From Sphyrna mokarran (Eukaryota): a stretch of DNA of 64,000 nt. The notes beneath the pieces were generated by a model, which was not told the origin of the DNA, made no database searches, and saw only the letters and a list, made by a program, of their open reading frames with translations. The stretch is taken from the NCBI GenBank assembly GCA_024679065.1, contig JAGIQG010000009.1:107632001-107696000 (forward strand), written 5' to 3'. Shown here in pieces: positions 11,611-23,960 of this stretch; the first letter of the stretch is position 1, and the number at the start of each line of letters is the position of its first letter. The position numbers were made by a program, and so were the translations under genes.

Positions 11611-11910
11611 GACATGGTGACACAGTGGTTAGCATTGCTGCCTCACACTGCTAGGGACCCGACTTCGATTCCCGGCTTGGATCACTGTCTGTGCGGAGTC
11701 TGCACCTTCTCCCCATGTCTGCGTGCTCCGGATGCTCCGGTTTCCTCCTACAACCCGAAAAGATGTGCTAGTTAGGGTGCATTGGCCGTGCTAAATTCTT
11801 CTTCAGTGTACCTGAACAGGCGCCGGAGTGTGGCGACTAAGGTCTTTTCACAGTAACTTCATTGCAGTGTTAATGTAAGTCTTCTTTGAAATTAGTAAGT
11901 AAAATTAACG
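11611..11910 (+). mobile_element. HE1/V-type SINE, type B tail
   Basis: Head, central domain and acaggcgccggagtgtggcgact tail. Confidence 0.8.
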
Positions 11911-12559
11911 CTTAAGGCTAAAAGATCTTGGCCGCTCCATTCTTTGGCCATTCACACTGGCGGGATGCTCCTGCTGGTTTCTTGCTGGTATGGGGTGAAA
12001 TCAATGGGATTTTTTTTTCATCCGCTGGTAAACAACGCGCCATATACCTCCGGCCAGAATCACGCGGCTTCGAGGTCGGAGAATCTCTCCCCTGTCCCCC
12101 TGATTCTCGCCAGCCATTGCCCGACCTTTCTGATGTGCAATCTATCTTCGAGTGTGCTTTCTGAGACTTTTCTTTCTACCCCTCAGCCTAATCCACAAAC
12201 AAAGAGAAGCAACGGGGCTGAATTAATAGGAATTGACTACAATACATTTTAACTGACGCTGTCGGCAGCTGCTGTAGAACAACTGAAGCCTCTCCTTCCA
12301 AATATTTCATTGGCTCCACTGTGTTGCCGAAAGCAGGTCAGAAGCATGAATATTACGCTTTAATGCAAATGTTATCTTACACTAGCTGGGAGCGGGAAGG
12401 GGGCGGCAGCAAAGTTACCAATTAGGCCCGTATATAAAAAAAAACTGGTGTTAAATTAGAATCCAAATTGTAGGAAATGCAAGCATTTTTTCAGCAAGGG
12501 TCAAGTGCACTCCAAGTTTACACTCCAGCAGCGAGTCGAAAATACCAAGTCTTTTTTAC

Positions 12560-12720
12560 CTGCCTTTTTTTAAAGCCAGACTCTTCTTGTGCATATAAAG
12601 ACAAATTAAAATGTCCACATAATCGTAAAGAGGGAAACAGGATGAACAATTCTTAGCGTTCTCTATCCTTGCTTGGTAGACTGTAACTCTACAGTCGGTA
12701 ACTCCGGTAAACATGCAATA
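12560..12720 (-). pseudogene. Degenerate duplicate of the gene 1 V-exon 5' end inside intron 1
   Basis: atgtttaccggagttaccgactgtagagttacagtc (MFTGVTDCRVTVYQ) aligns with atgtttacaggggctactgactctagagttacagtc (MFTGATDSRVTVKQ). The acceptor AG is mutated to CG and homology stops after about 45 nt. Confidence 0.6.
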
Positions 12721-12824
12721 GTCGCGCCACGCTACATTGTTGCTCCGAGCGAGGCGGACTTGCAGCTCCGTCCCTACACAATCGCCAAAGGGCGACAAGG
12801 AATAAGAAACCTGTGACATTGCAT

Positions 12825-13692
12825 GTATAAATGACCTTGATTCACAGGGCACAATTTTCTAAAGTTGTGGAGCATTAAAAATCTGAAAGCATTGTGAAGG
12901 CCGATGAGGATAGTGGCGGAGTTCCAAGTGGCAAATGGACGATTTGCTGGAACCGGGGGTCAAATGGGAGAGCTGTGAAGTGATTCGTTTTGGTAGAACA
13001 AACACGAAGAGACAAGAGAAAAATAAAGGGTCCAAGCCTGTAGGAACAGAGCCACCCCGATGTGTATGTGCATAAGTCACAGAAGCTGGCAGATTGGGAG
13101 GAGGCGGCTGTTAATGAAGAATACAGTATTTATTAATGGGACACAGAGATTATGTCAACCCTGTGTAAAATATTATTTTGGCTATCGCACTCTACAGACA
13201 TAAGAACATAGAAAATAGGGACAGGAGTATGCAATACAGCCCTTCCAGCCTTTCTCATCATTCATTATATTAATTACTGATTATCCAATTCGATATCCCT
13301 TTCCTGTTTCTCTTCTACATTTAGTCTCAAGAGTTATATCTGTACTTTCTGTGCCAGCGAAGTCCACGGGCTCACCATTCTTTGAGTGAAGAACGTCCTC
13401 CTCATCTCAAGCCTAAAATGTTTACTCTGTATCCTTAGGCTGTGACCCCTTGTTCTGGACACCCCATTATCGGGAATATTCCTTCAAGCATCTACCCTGT
13501 CTAGTCCTGTTAGAATATTATTGGTATTTATGAGATCACCCCACATTTGTCTAAGCTCCATCTAAACTCTTCTGTGATCCGAACCGACCCAAACTCTCCT
13601 CGACGCCATTCCGGCATCCCAAAAATGATTTGAATGGATTGAAGACATTGCGAAAAAGATTCACGAGAACGGTTCTAGGGATGAGGGGCTTC
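12825..13692. mobile_element. Nested decayed CR1 fragments (plus-strand copy interrupted by a minus-strand 3' end at about 13200-13615)
   Basis: tataaatgacctt and tgtgaagtgattcgttttgg RT-derived motifs, plus an inverted CR1 tail. Confidence 0.65.
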
Positions 13693-14200
13693 AGTGTGCA
13701 TGTGCGTGTGTGTATGTCTGTGTGCGTGTGCATGTGAATGTGTGTGTGTGTGTGTGTGTGTGTGTTTGTATGTATGTCTATGTGTGAGCGCGCGCGCGTT
13801 TGAGTGTATGGACGTGTCCGTGTGTGCCTGAGTGTATGTTTGTGTCTACATGATGATATGTGTGTGTGTTGTGTTCGTTTGTGTACATGTTGTGCATGCA
13901 CGTGTGTGTGCATACAAGTGGGAGTATGTGTGCGTGCGTATCTGTGCGTGTGGATGTGTGTGTGTATGTGTGTGTGTGTATGTGTGCGCAATATGTTTAT
14001 ATATATGCATTTATATCTCCATATGAAGTACGTATCTGAATAATATAGATCTTTATAGATGTGTGTTGATGCTTCTGCGTGAAATATTTAAATGTTTGTT
14101 GCTAATTTAAGTAGATATATATATGTATACATGGGTGCATAAACCTCGATAACAAGTATCTGTGTCGATGTGTAACTCTGTGTGTATGTGTGTGTGTGAA
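13693..14200. repeat. Degenerate (TG)n microsatellite in gene 1 intron 1
   Basis: Alternating TG tract with a pure core at about 13739-13764. Confidence 0.9.
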
Positions 14201-14250
14201 CATATCTTTATTCATAGACACATGAGAGAGCCCGGGTGCAGATTACTTAC

Positions 14251-14293
14251 CAGAGAGCAACAACAATAACCAAACGATTCTACTGTATAGCAT
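14251..14293 (-). CDS. NCR3: NCR3/NKp30-like gene 1, leader (signal peptide) exon MLYSRIVWLLLLLS(G)
   Basis: ATG in gaagccATG context, hydrophobic core, consensus donor G|GTAAGT. The 43 nt give phase 1, matching the phase-1 acceptor of the V exon. Confidence 0.8.
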
Positions 14294-15278
14294 GGCTTCG
14301 CAGTTACCTATGGACCAAAGAATAGTGTTCCTTTTATAACATTTTTATAGCAATTCATTCAGCATGTGAACAAAACAAAATAGGTGAAGCTGTTAAATTT
14401 AGTGCATTTGTTTTTTATAGCCGAAGGTCGCTGCAGTGTAACAGTGGAGACTAACTGGCAGAAATTCTAACTGATTTCCTGTTTGAGATCAATTGAGAAT
14501 CTGGTCTCATGTATTAAGCATAAAACACACTAGAAAATATAGCGTCCAGTTATAACCCTCGTTGAAATCAACCACGGCCTCGGCTTCAGAAAATAATCTT
14601 TCGTTACATCTTGAGAGGACGGGCGAATTGCTTAAAAACTTCCTTAATATGCAGGACAAAGAAATAAAGAATAATGAGAAACTCGACTTCGTATCCTCCC
14701 TCCAGATCATCAGACTTGGCAAAGAGCTTTCAATACAGTAAACTTGTGGGATTGCAATGTTGGAAACAAGAGTTGCCAATTTGACCACAGCAAGCTTCCA
14801 TGAATAGAAATGAACCAAAGACTTTCTCTAAAAGTGATGATTGAGGGAGAAGAATTAGCCAGGAAACTCCAAAGAACCATATATACTGACTCTACCTTCC
14901 AACTGTTAATAACTTAAATAGTTACATCAATTTACCTGCTTTGTTAAAGTTTAATCGGATACCTTTGCATTGGATTGAGCAAGTCAGGCAGATAGAGACA
15001 TCCCAGGTTGGAATAACTGTTGTATTGCTGCGCGCATTGGTTACAAAGTAGAACCATTACCTTCTGAGTGAAACTGCTGCTACCAACCTCTGCCTGATCT
15101 CAATGGTAGGACATTGAGCAACATATGACTTCCGTCATCTCCGGTTGCTATTTTTATCGTATCGAAAACAAGTTAGGCCTTGGATCATTAGTTATTGATA
15201 TGCAGTGGTGATGGCCGCAGTCCATCCAAGCGGGACTTGCTGGCGCGGCTGCAACAGCGCTGTTTCAACGCAAATCAC

Positions 15279-15292
15279 CCACTAGGGGGCAG
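15279..15292 (+). promoter_or_regulatory. CTCF-like motif CCACTAGGGGGCAG about 1 kb upstream of gene 1 leader
   Basis: Close match to the CCASYAGRKGGCRS consensus within a CpG-enriched patch. Confidence 0.4.
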
Positions 15293-15449
15293 GGCTGGGC
15301 GCACTGTTCCTTCTCAGAACATCAGCAGCCGCATTCAGGAAAGTGGTTACAGATTCAAAGACATTCAGTGTGTGGGTGATCAGTGACTATCAAGGAGGAA
15401 CACGTGAGTGAGCAGTTGGCTGAGTCACTGAGTGATTGTGTGAGTAAGT

Positions 15450-15765
15450 AGATCATAGAACCCTACAGTGCAGAGAGAGGCCCTTCGGTCCGTCGAGTCT
15501 GCACCTAACACAATCCAGGCCCTACCCCCATATCCCTACGTTATACCCGCTAATCCCTCTAACCTCCGCTACACTGGACACTAAGGGGCAGTTTCTTAGC
15601 ATGGCCAATCAACCTAACTCGCACATCTTTGGACTGTGGGATGAAACCCACGCAGACACGAGGAGAATGTGCAAACTCCAAATAGACAGTGACCTGGGCC
15701 GAGAATCGAACCCAGAACACTGAACCTGTGAAGCAGCAGTGCTAACCACTGTGCTACATGCCGTA
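15450..15765 (-). mobile_element. HE1/V-type SINE, CR1-type tail
   Basis: Full-length head-to-tail match to other copies. Confidence 0.8.
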
Positions 15766-16229
15766 GTCGTGTAAGCGGGTAAATGGCTGGATGACTGCAC
15801 GAACAGCGAGCTGTACGTGTGAGTTGGTAAGTGGGTCTGTTTAGGGTGGTCGGAGTGGGGATTAGATCTGAGGGTGAATGGAGCAGAAAGGTCAGAAGGC
15901 TGATCGGGGGATGGAAAAATATGTCGGTTGTTTAGGGGGAGGGCCAATCAGAATGTGGTGGTGTGGGAGGGTGTGTCCAATAGTGTAGGATGATAAGTGG
16001 GGTAATTGGGAAGGTCCCATCGCTAGAATGCTGGAGGGCAGTCGGTCAGGGTATTGGGAAATGAGGCCATAGGGGCTAGGATCATTGGTAAGCTGTCAAG
16101 TTGCAATGGAACACACAAGTTGTAGATAGATCAAAGACATTATTCAGCGAGTTGATAATCATCCAGTCATAGTTGATATAATATTATATCTTAATTGCAA
16201 TTACCTTTCACGGTAGTTTGGCTCCTTAT

Positions 16230-16500
16230 CAACTTAGGCCTCTGTGGGTGAACAAATGTCTTCTCACCTCCATCCTAAATGGTCTACCCTCATTCCTCAG
16301 ACTGTGAATCCTGGTTCTGGACTCCCCCACCATTGGGAACATGCTCCCTGCATCTACCCTGTCTAGTCCTGTTAGAATTTTTTTGAGATCCACCCCCCTC
16401 AGCCCCTCCCCACCTTCCATGCGTCTGAATTCCAGCAAAAACAATCCTAACCTAGTCAATCTCTTCTCATACATCAGTTATGCCAACCCTGGAATCAACC
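16230..16500 (-). mobile_element. CR1 fragment
   Basis: YEKRLTRLGLFLLEFRRM and MFPMVGESRTR. Confidence 0.8.
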
Positions 16501-16969
16501 CGTTTAAAAAATGATCATCAGTATTGCAAGACATATCCCAAGCATAAAGAGGCAGGGCTAATCTGGAGATTAGAATTTCCATTATAATAACTAGCAATAC
16601 GAAAAAAAAATTACCTTAACCAATATTTAAGATACGCTATCCGGAAAGTGACATTACTGGTAAATCATGAGAAAAAATCTGCATCATTGGTCATAATAAT
16701 TGGCATTAGGTTTTAAATTGGTTCGTGGTGACCACAGTACCCAAACGCTTATGTGTCACAGAACGTATTGATGTCTAATAGATCAATGAGCACCAGCTCA
16801 TCTGCTGCACAAGCCTGTGGACAACCTGAAGCAGATTCTTGACTAAAATGGCCATCATCTTAGCACTTTCAAGTGGGCAAAGTCCAAGTTTTTTTTTCCT
16901 ATCCTTAAATGCTATATAGAAATTATCTGAGGCCTCTGTCCTTTTGTTTTACTAGTCAGATATTGCATG

Positions 16970-17845
16970 TTGGCACAATGGTTAAACTGCTGCATCACAG
17001 CACTAGGAACCCACATTCGCTTCCCAGCTTGGATGACTGTCTTGTGGAGTCTGCACAGTCTCCTCATGTCTGCGGGGGTTTCCTCAGGGTGCTCTGATTT
17101 CCTTCCACAGTCTGAAAGATATAATGATTAGGTGAATTGGCTGTGCTAAATTTTCCTTCAGTGTACCTGACCAGGCGCCGGAGTATGGCAACTAGAGGAA
17201 TTTTACACTAACTTAATTGCAGTATTAATGTAAGCCTACTTGTTACACTAATAGATAAACTTTAACACTGGGGAATAGCTGAGCATAGGCCGAGAGCGGT
17301 CTCTATTTTAAGCGTTGCCCTCTTTGCTGAATGTCCTGGGCCTTGCGGAGAGACCCTGAGCTTGGCTGCACACACTAGCTGCAACTTGGTAATAAAACAT
17401 TTCCTTTCAATATCATTGATAAAATGGCTACGTTAAGCTCTTGTGGTCACGAGAGCTTTTAATCGCTCTCTGACATTCCTTGTCTGAAGGTATATTAAAT
17501 TTGATTCCCTGCTCCTTTTAGAACCCCTAGAAATCATTGAATCCTACAGTGCAGAAAGAGGCCATTTGACCCGTCGACTCCGCACCAACCTCAATTCCAC
17601 ACAGGCTCTATCCCCTTACATATTTTACGTATTAACCTACATATCGCAAAATACTAACAGGCAATTTTAACATGGCCAATCAGCCTAACCTGCACATCTT
17701 TGGAGTGTGAGAGGAAGCCGGAGCACCCCAGGAAACCCATGCAGACATGGAGAGAACGTGCAAACTCCACACAGGCAGTGACCGAGCTGGGAATCGAACC
17801 CAGGTCCCTGAAAAAGCAATTCTAAGCACTGTGCTACCGTGCCAC
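16970..17845. mobile_element. Two convergent SINEs (type B plus 16970-17265; CR1-tail minus 17530-17845)
   Basis: Head and central-domain matches. Confidence 0.75.
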
Positions 17846-18142
17846 TCTTTTGTAAATTACTTCGAGAAAGCGCAGGTGAGGTAAACCTGATGGTAAACCT
17901 CTAGTTGAGGTAAACCTGAAGCTAGAATTTTGTTTTTCCACAAATTTTCACCTCATGAGGGTGAAAAGAGTCCAGTGCTAAACCACAGCAACATATTGGG
18001 CATGTCTGCTGACTCCAGCAATGTTGTGATCCGTGAGAAATTTGCTTGCAGTTGCTAAATTATTAACTGGCCATGTACATGACAGATCATGATAACCTGG
18101 TACTGCTGAGACCATAACCACCCAGCAGGGGTGAGGCTTGGA

Positions 18143-18181
18143 TTACCTGACAGGGGTTGTGCTCCTCGACCTTTTGGCTAA
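18143..18181 (+). pseudogene. Adjacent U1 and U2 snRNA 5'-end fragments
   Basis: TTACCTGACAGGGG (13/14 to U1 TTACCTGGCAGGGG), then after 4 nt GCTCCTCGACCTTTTGGCTAA (19/21 to U2 GCTTCTCGGCCTTTTGGCTAA). Confidence 0.6.
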
Positions 18182-18234
18182 ATTCCAGAGTCAGGTCTCA
18201 CGCAAGAGGGAGTGCAATGTGTTTTCTTGGTATC

Positions 18235-18835
18235 AAGACCATAAGACATAGGAGCAGAATTAGACCACTTGGCTCATTGAACCTGCCATCCAATCATTGT
18301 TGATAATTTTTCTCATCCCCATTCTCCTGCCTTTTCCCCATAACCCCTGATGCCCTTATGAATCAAGAACCTATACATCTGTCTTAAAAACACTCAATGA
18401 CTAGTCTCCACAGCCTTCTGCAGCAAAGAGTTCCACAGATTCACCACTCTCTGGCTGAAGAAATCCCTTCTCATCTGTGTTTTAAACAATCGTCCCTTTA
18501 GCCTGAGGTTGTGCCCTCTGGTTCTAGTTTTTCCTACAAGTGGAAACATCATCTCCACATCCACTTTTTCCAGGCCTCGCAGCATCCTGTAAGTTTCAAT
18601 AAGATCCTCCCTCATCCTTCTAAACTCCAATGGGTACAGACCCAGAGTCCTAAACTGTTCCTCATATGGGATCATTATCGTGAAACTGCCCTGGACTCTT
18701 TCCAAAGCCAGCACATTCTTCCTTAGATATGGGGCCCAATACTGCTCGCAATACTCCAGATAGGGTCTGATCACAACATCAGATCACAGCCTCAGAAGTA
18801 CATCTCTGCTCTTGTATTCTAGCTGTCTCAATCTT
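18235..18835 (-). mobile_element. CR1 LINE 3' fragment
   Basis: IRPYLEYC, LERVQ, FFSQRVVNLWNSL and the CR1 3' tail. Confidence 0.85.
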
Positions 18836-18899
18836 GAATCTTATATGTTTCCTTTGTGGGGAACATGAATTGGATTCAAGTTATAAAACCATATATACT

Positions 18900-19420
18900 A
18901 TATGTCCTTGCTACAGAGGGAGTACTGCAAATGTTTACCAGGATGATTCCTGGGATGGCAGATCTATCATACGAGGAGAGACTAAATCAGTTAGGATTAT
19001 ATTCACTGGAATTTAGAAGAGTAAGAGGAGACCTCACAGAAACTTATAAAAGTCTAACAGGGTTAGACAGGGTAGATATATTAAGAATGTTCCCAATGGT
19101 GAGGGAGTCAAGAATTAACTACATGTTACGGTTTGAGAATAAGGGGCAAATCTTTTAGAATTGAAGTGAGGAGAAGTTTCTTCACCCGGGGAATGTTGAA
19201 TGTGCGGAATTCACTGCATAAGAAAATAGTTGAGGCCAAAACATTGTCTGATTTCAAGAAGAAATTAGATATAGCTTTTGGGGCTAAAGGGATCAGGGAA
19301 TATGGGGGGAAAGGGTGATCAGGATATTGAATTTGATAATCAGCCATGATCAAAATGAATGAGGGAGCAGATTCAAAGGGCTGAGTGGCCTATTCCTGCT
19401 TCTAGTTTCTACGTTTCCAT
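18900..19420 (+). mobile_element. CR1 LINE 3' fragment
   Basis: FTRMIPGM, YEERL, GLYSLEFRR motifs and 3' tail. Confidence 0.85.
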
Positions 19421-21127
19421 ATTTGTCTGTATAGAGTGCAGGAAACAATATTTTTCACTATATCACCATACATGTAATAAATGGAATTAAATGTGTTTTG
19501 AAGGTTGCTTGCGATTTGAATTTGTTTTTTTTTGGAGCAAGCAAGGAGTGGATTTGTGTCTATCCGTTCCGTGAATTAACTTTGCAACTTTAAGAATGGA
19601 ATACATTTTTTTAAAAAATAAGTGGAAATACATTTTTCGGAAGCAAGCTACACGATCCAAAACCACAGGAGCTTGTGCGAGATCCTCTCAGAAAGGCGGC
19701 GTTGTCCAATTCTCCGCAGGTTTCGGATAGAATGCATAAGGAACAGCCGACATTCCATTTGCTTATAAGATTTCCTATCCTTACATCTCCAAGTCCTACA
19801 GATTTAGTATTGATGCGTGTAAACTATATATCGTCTTTGGAACTTAGCGCTATGTTCTTCAATCGCTTTGTTATCCTTACTCCTTCAAAGGACAGGTGGA
19901 GAGAGATTTCCATTTAGACGTTCCCAGTCCAAAAAATACATTTCACTCACACCGTCTTCGAATGGATAGCGCAATGGATCAGCGCGCCCAGCAGTCTTAC
20001 CAATCCAGGGTGTTTATATATTTTCCCAGGTCTTTAGAGGGCGCTCCAGTCTCCCTGTAGATAGTTAACAGAAAGTAACAGGCAACAGTTCTGGGTAATA
20101 ACCCAATATCACCAGTTAGACATCAGGCTCTCTGGGCTGTCCCCGGCCGTGGCAGGGACCATCGTGCCCCAGTGGTCAGCCACCACCCAGCTCAAATTGG
20201 GTAGTCCATAACTGGCACGGTGCTGAGCCTCCACATCTCACCCGCTTCAGTGGGTGCTTGGAGCTCGGAGCCTCCAATCAGTAAATGAATTGAATCTTAT
20301 TGCAATTGGAAAATAAACAAAGCAGACAAAAAAGGATGAAATGCCAACTTTCCGATTGATACACTGCCTAATCAGGACCATGTGTAAGGGGCTGGCAGGC
20401 ATCATAAAATCGCTGCAGTGCAGAAGGAGGCTATTCGGCTCCAAGCGTCTGCACTGACTGTCAGACAGAACAACTTACCCAGGTCCACTCTCGCCCGATT
20501 CCTAATGGATAATCCCCTAACCTACACATCTTGGGACACTAAGAGAAATTTAGCATGGCCAACCCATCTAACTGCTCATCGTTGGACTGATATCTTTCAG
20601 CTGGTCGATAATGTACGGAACTGACGCGTGAACGACTGAACAGTAACACGGGTTCCCTATAAAGAGAAGAGACTTGCCAACTGCGGATCATTAAAGGAAA
20701 AAAAAATGCCCGTTCATCTATCGGGACAGGAGCTCAGAGGAAACGTGTGAACAGGATGTGGGATTCGTTGTAAGGAACTGGTTGTTGCGGATGATAAAAC
20801 TCCCTGTCCCCACATTTCTCCCACATAGTGTTGAAAAAGCGTCCTCTCTATCTGCCTCTGAACTCAAACAGAGTCAGGAAATTGTCATATCGTCTATCAA
20901 CATTGACAGTGTAACGATGAAGGTTGTTTATAGTTTAACATTTCCAACCTCGCATTTTCACAAACGCCAACCATCTGTTACCTGACACTGAAGTAAACAC
21001 TTCATTACAAAAGCTGCAAGCTGATTATGGAGGATTATAAACATAACTGGAATATAAATCTGCTTGCCTACCAAACGTGCCTGTACAGTCTGCTACAGAG
21101 TTGCGTCCACTGGCACGGACCGTGAGT

Positions 21128-21433
21128 GGCATGGTGGCACAGTGGTTAGCGCTATTGCATCACAGCCCCAGGGACCCAGATTCGATTTTCGGCTTGGGTC
21201 ACTGTCTGTGTGGAGTTTACATGTTTTCTCTGTATCTGTGTGGATTTCCTCTGGTTTCCTCCCACAGTCAAAAGATATGCGGGGTTAGGTTAATTAACCA
21301 TGCTAAATTGTCCTAGTGTCAGGAGGTTAGCAGGATACATAAGTGGGGTTATGGTGATACGGCCTGGCTGGGATTATTGTCAGTACAGACTCGATGGGCC
21401 AAATTGCCTCCTTCTGCCCTTTAGGGATTCTCT
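21128..21433 (+). mobile_element. HE1/V-type SINE
   Basis: ggcatggtggcacagtggttagc head through gggattct tail. Confidence 0.8.
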
Positions 21434-22929
21434 GACCAGGATATTATATTGTTTAAAGAAAATTTTCATCCTCACTTCTTCAGGCTTATCCTCGGCTTGA
21501 CATTATAAGGTCACCAGCGCAGAAATTCTGCTGTTTGCTGATATCATCAGTATATGCTTCTTGCTAAGTCAACATCTGCACTAACTCTGTTTGATAGATG
21601 CTGGCCATCTACCGAAGCACCCTCTAAATGTGAACTACCCACTGGATTAAATGTATCCGGATATATTCTCCTACAAGGACCCTTGTACGTCAGGCCCACA
21701 TTTAGGGATGTGCAATAATTGCTTGCTTTGATCGTGATGCCACATCCCATGCAAGAATAATTTCTAAAAAAAAAGCTAAATGAATGAGCAGTTCCAAGTC
21801 AGGATGGTGTGTATATGCAAGGGACCCTATCGGTCATGGTGTGTCGCTCTGTTCCTCTGCACCTAGAGGGCAACAAGCTCTGATTTAATTCTTGACAACT
21901 GCACGGCCTCTTTAAATGCGTTTTTTTTTCTATCCATGGACGTGGCTAATTTGTCTATTCTATAAGACCCGGTCACTGTTACACCCACAGTCTGTAAAGA
22001 GATAGATCTACATTTTTTCACCTGTTTAATCTTGTCCACCAGATAACCCTGTCCCTGCTGGTCTACTGCCTTTTAACACCACCCCTCGTCCAGTCGCCCT
22101 CCCCCTGCCCAATCCAACACCTCTTCTCCAAACCTTGGTGGAACAATTCTCCAACCAACTCTTGCGGTCAATCCCTCCTCATCCCAACATACCCCATCCT
22201 CCCTCCGGACAGCCCCACTGACCATTTTTTAATCAACACTATCGTCCCCCCCATACCTAGGTCAGCAGCTCCCCACCAAGCTCACACTCAACAACTCTCT
22301 AACCAGCACCTTCAAACACTCACCGCCACACAGATCCCTCCCTACTCCGAAGTCCTAACCTCTTCTCACTTCAACTTTTACTTGGGGGTAACCGGAGTTC
22401 TGGGACACTCAAATACGGTCACGTGTAATCATTTTGAGAATCGAACGCTGCTGGATATACTTCATTATTCTTCCCATATGAACTTCTCCTGTAGAATGAA
22501 ACTCATGAGTTAAACTTTAACTTGTGCAATGTAACTTTGACATAAGATGAATGTTAAACTGTGTTGATTCCGGGTTCTATTAGTCGATGCAGGTCCTTAC
22601 TGCATTGTGTAATGTGTGCAACTCCTTGCCTGAGCCTAACCTCGCGTTATCCTCATTCCGAAATTTAATGGGACATAAAAAATCTCCCCTGAAACTGAAT
22701 TCAAGTAATTGCGATCCAGGCATTTATTACAAACACTTACTAAATGGTTATCACGGCCCAGAAAAGACCCTTAACTCCAACCTCCCATCCGCTTTATTGC
22801 GGAAAAATCTTAGGTATAATTTTGTGCACAGTTCAAAATAAATAACACACATTGTATTTTAACACTGCTCTGGCACTAACTGGAAATAATTCATCTTTCA
22901 CCTGGTAACATTTAACACCATCAAAAAGT

Positions 22930-23330
22930 CAGTTTCTGCAGTTACATCGGTTTTTAGGAAAGAGGCCGCACAGATTTCCACCAGATGGAGCTTCGAGCGT
23001 TTGGGCTATTTCCAGCCGCAATGCCCCGGCCGGCAAAGGGCACACACAATGTCTTGTAGGTTCGGTCGCTATCCAGAATATCTGCCCCTCTTCCGTCGTA
23101 ATGTTCATGGCCTAGCTGTCCCTGGAAAGGGAGCAGTCGTGTTTGCTGATATGATAAAGGCTTTATATGTCTGGTGGACCCTCTGGGGGGCTGGTTTCTT
23201 TGTTAGCTTCTTCGGTCACATTTTGTTTTAATGTTTTAAGTTTCCGGTGAGATTCTGTTCACTTTGATGCGGCTTCTCTTGAAGAGGTTGCCTTTTAATT
23301 TATCCATCGATTTGGTTTACTTGGTAATAC
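22930..23330 (-). mobile_element. Possible ancient L1-type ORF1 remnant
   Basis: Broken-frame peptides KRSRIKVNRISPE, PPEGPP, KAFII, EGQIF and CGLFP occur in the order of recalled fish L1 ORF1 motifs (RRNNIRIVGIPE, PRAFII, YEGQRI, YGLLYP). Confidence 0.4.
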
Positions 23331-23499
23331 CTTGTATTGTGAGATCCCAGCCCACATCTCCCGAGATTGCAGCGAATACATTTTTGCAGTTTTTACTATT
23401 CAGCACAGGGTCACGAACAATAAAGCAAAACAAAGGCAAGGACAATTGGGAATAGGCAACAAATTCTGGTCGTGCTACCGCGATTTAGATTCACAGAAT

Positions 23500-23960
23500 G
23501 ACAGTGGCACAGTGGTTAGCACTGCTGTCTCACAGTGCCAAGGTCCTGGGTTCGATTCCTGGCTTGGGTCACTTTCTGTGTGAAGTCTGCAGGTTGCCTA
23601 CGTGGGTTTCGTCCAGCTGCTATGGTTTCCCCCCACAGTTCAAAAGATGTGCTGGTTAGGTGCACTGGTCATGCTAAATTGCCCCTTAGTGTCAGGGAGA
23701 TTAGCAAGGTAAATGTGTGATGTGACAGGAAAAGGACCTCGGTGGGACTGTGGTCAGTGCAGGCCTGATGGGCTGAATGGTTAACTCCTGCACTGTAGGG
23801 ATTCTATGATTCATCCCACAGTCCAAGTGACATATTGGTTAGGTGCCAGCAATGGTCATGTTAAATTCTCCCTCAGTGTACCTGAACAGGCAGTGGAGTG
23901 TGGCGACTACGGGATTTTTAAGTCACTTTGTTGCCTACTTCTGATACTAATAAACTGACA
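23500..23960 (+). mobile_element. Tandem SINE composite (CR1-tail copy followed by a type B 3' half)
   Basis: Both tail types occur in series. Confidence 0.75.

Noticed and set aside
22960-23100. Degenerate V-exon end (AGRGIAAGN..SKLHLV)
   Set aside because: Better explained as part of an L1 ORF1 remnant; no YYC motif or splice donor.
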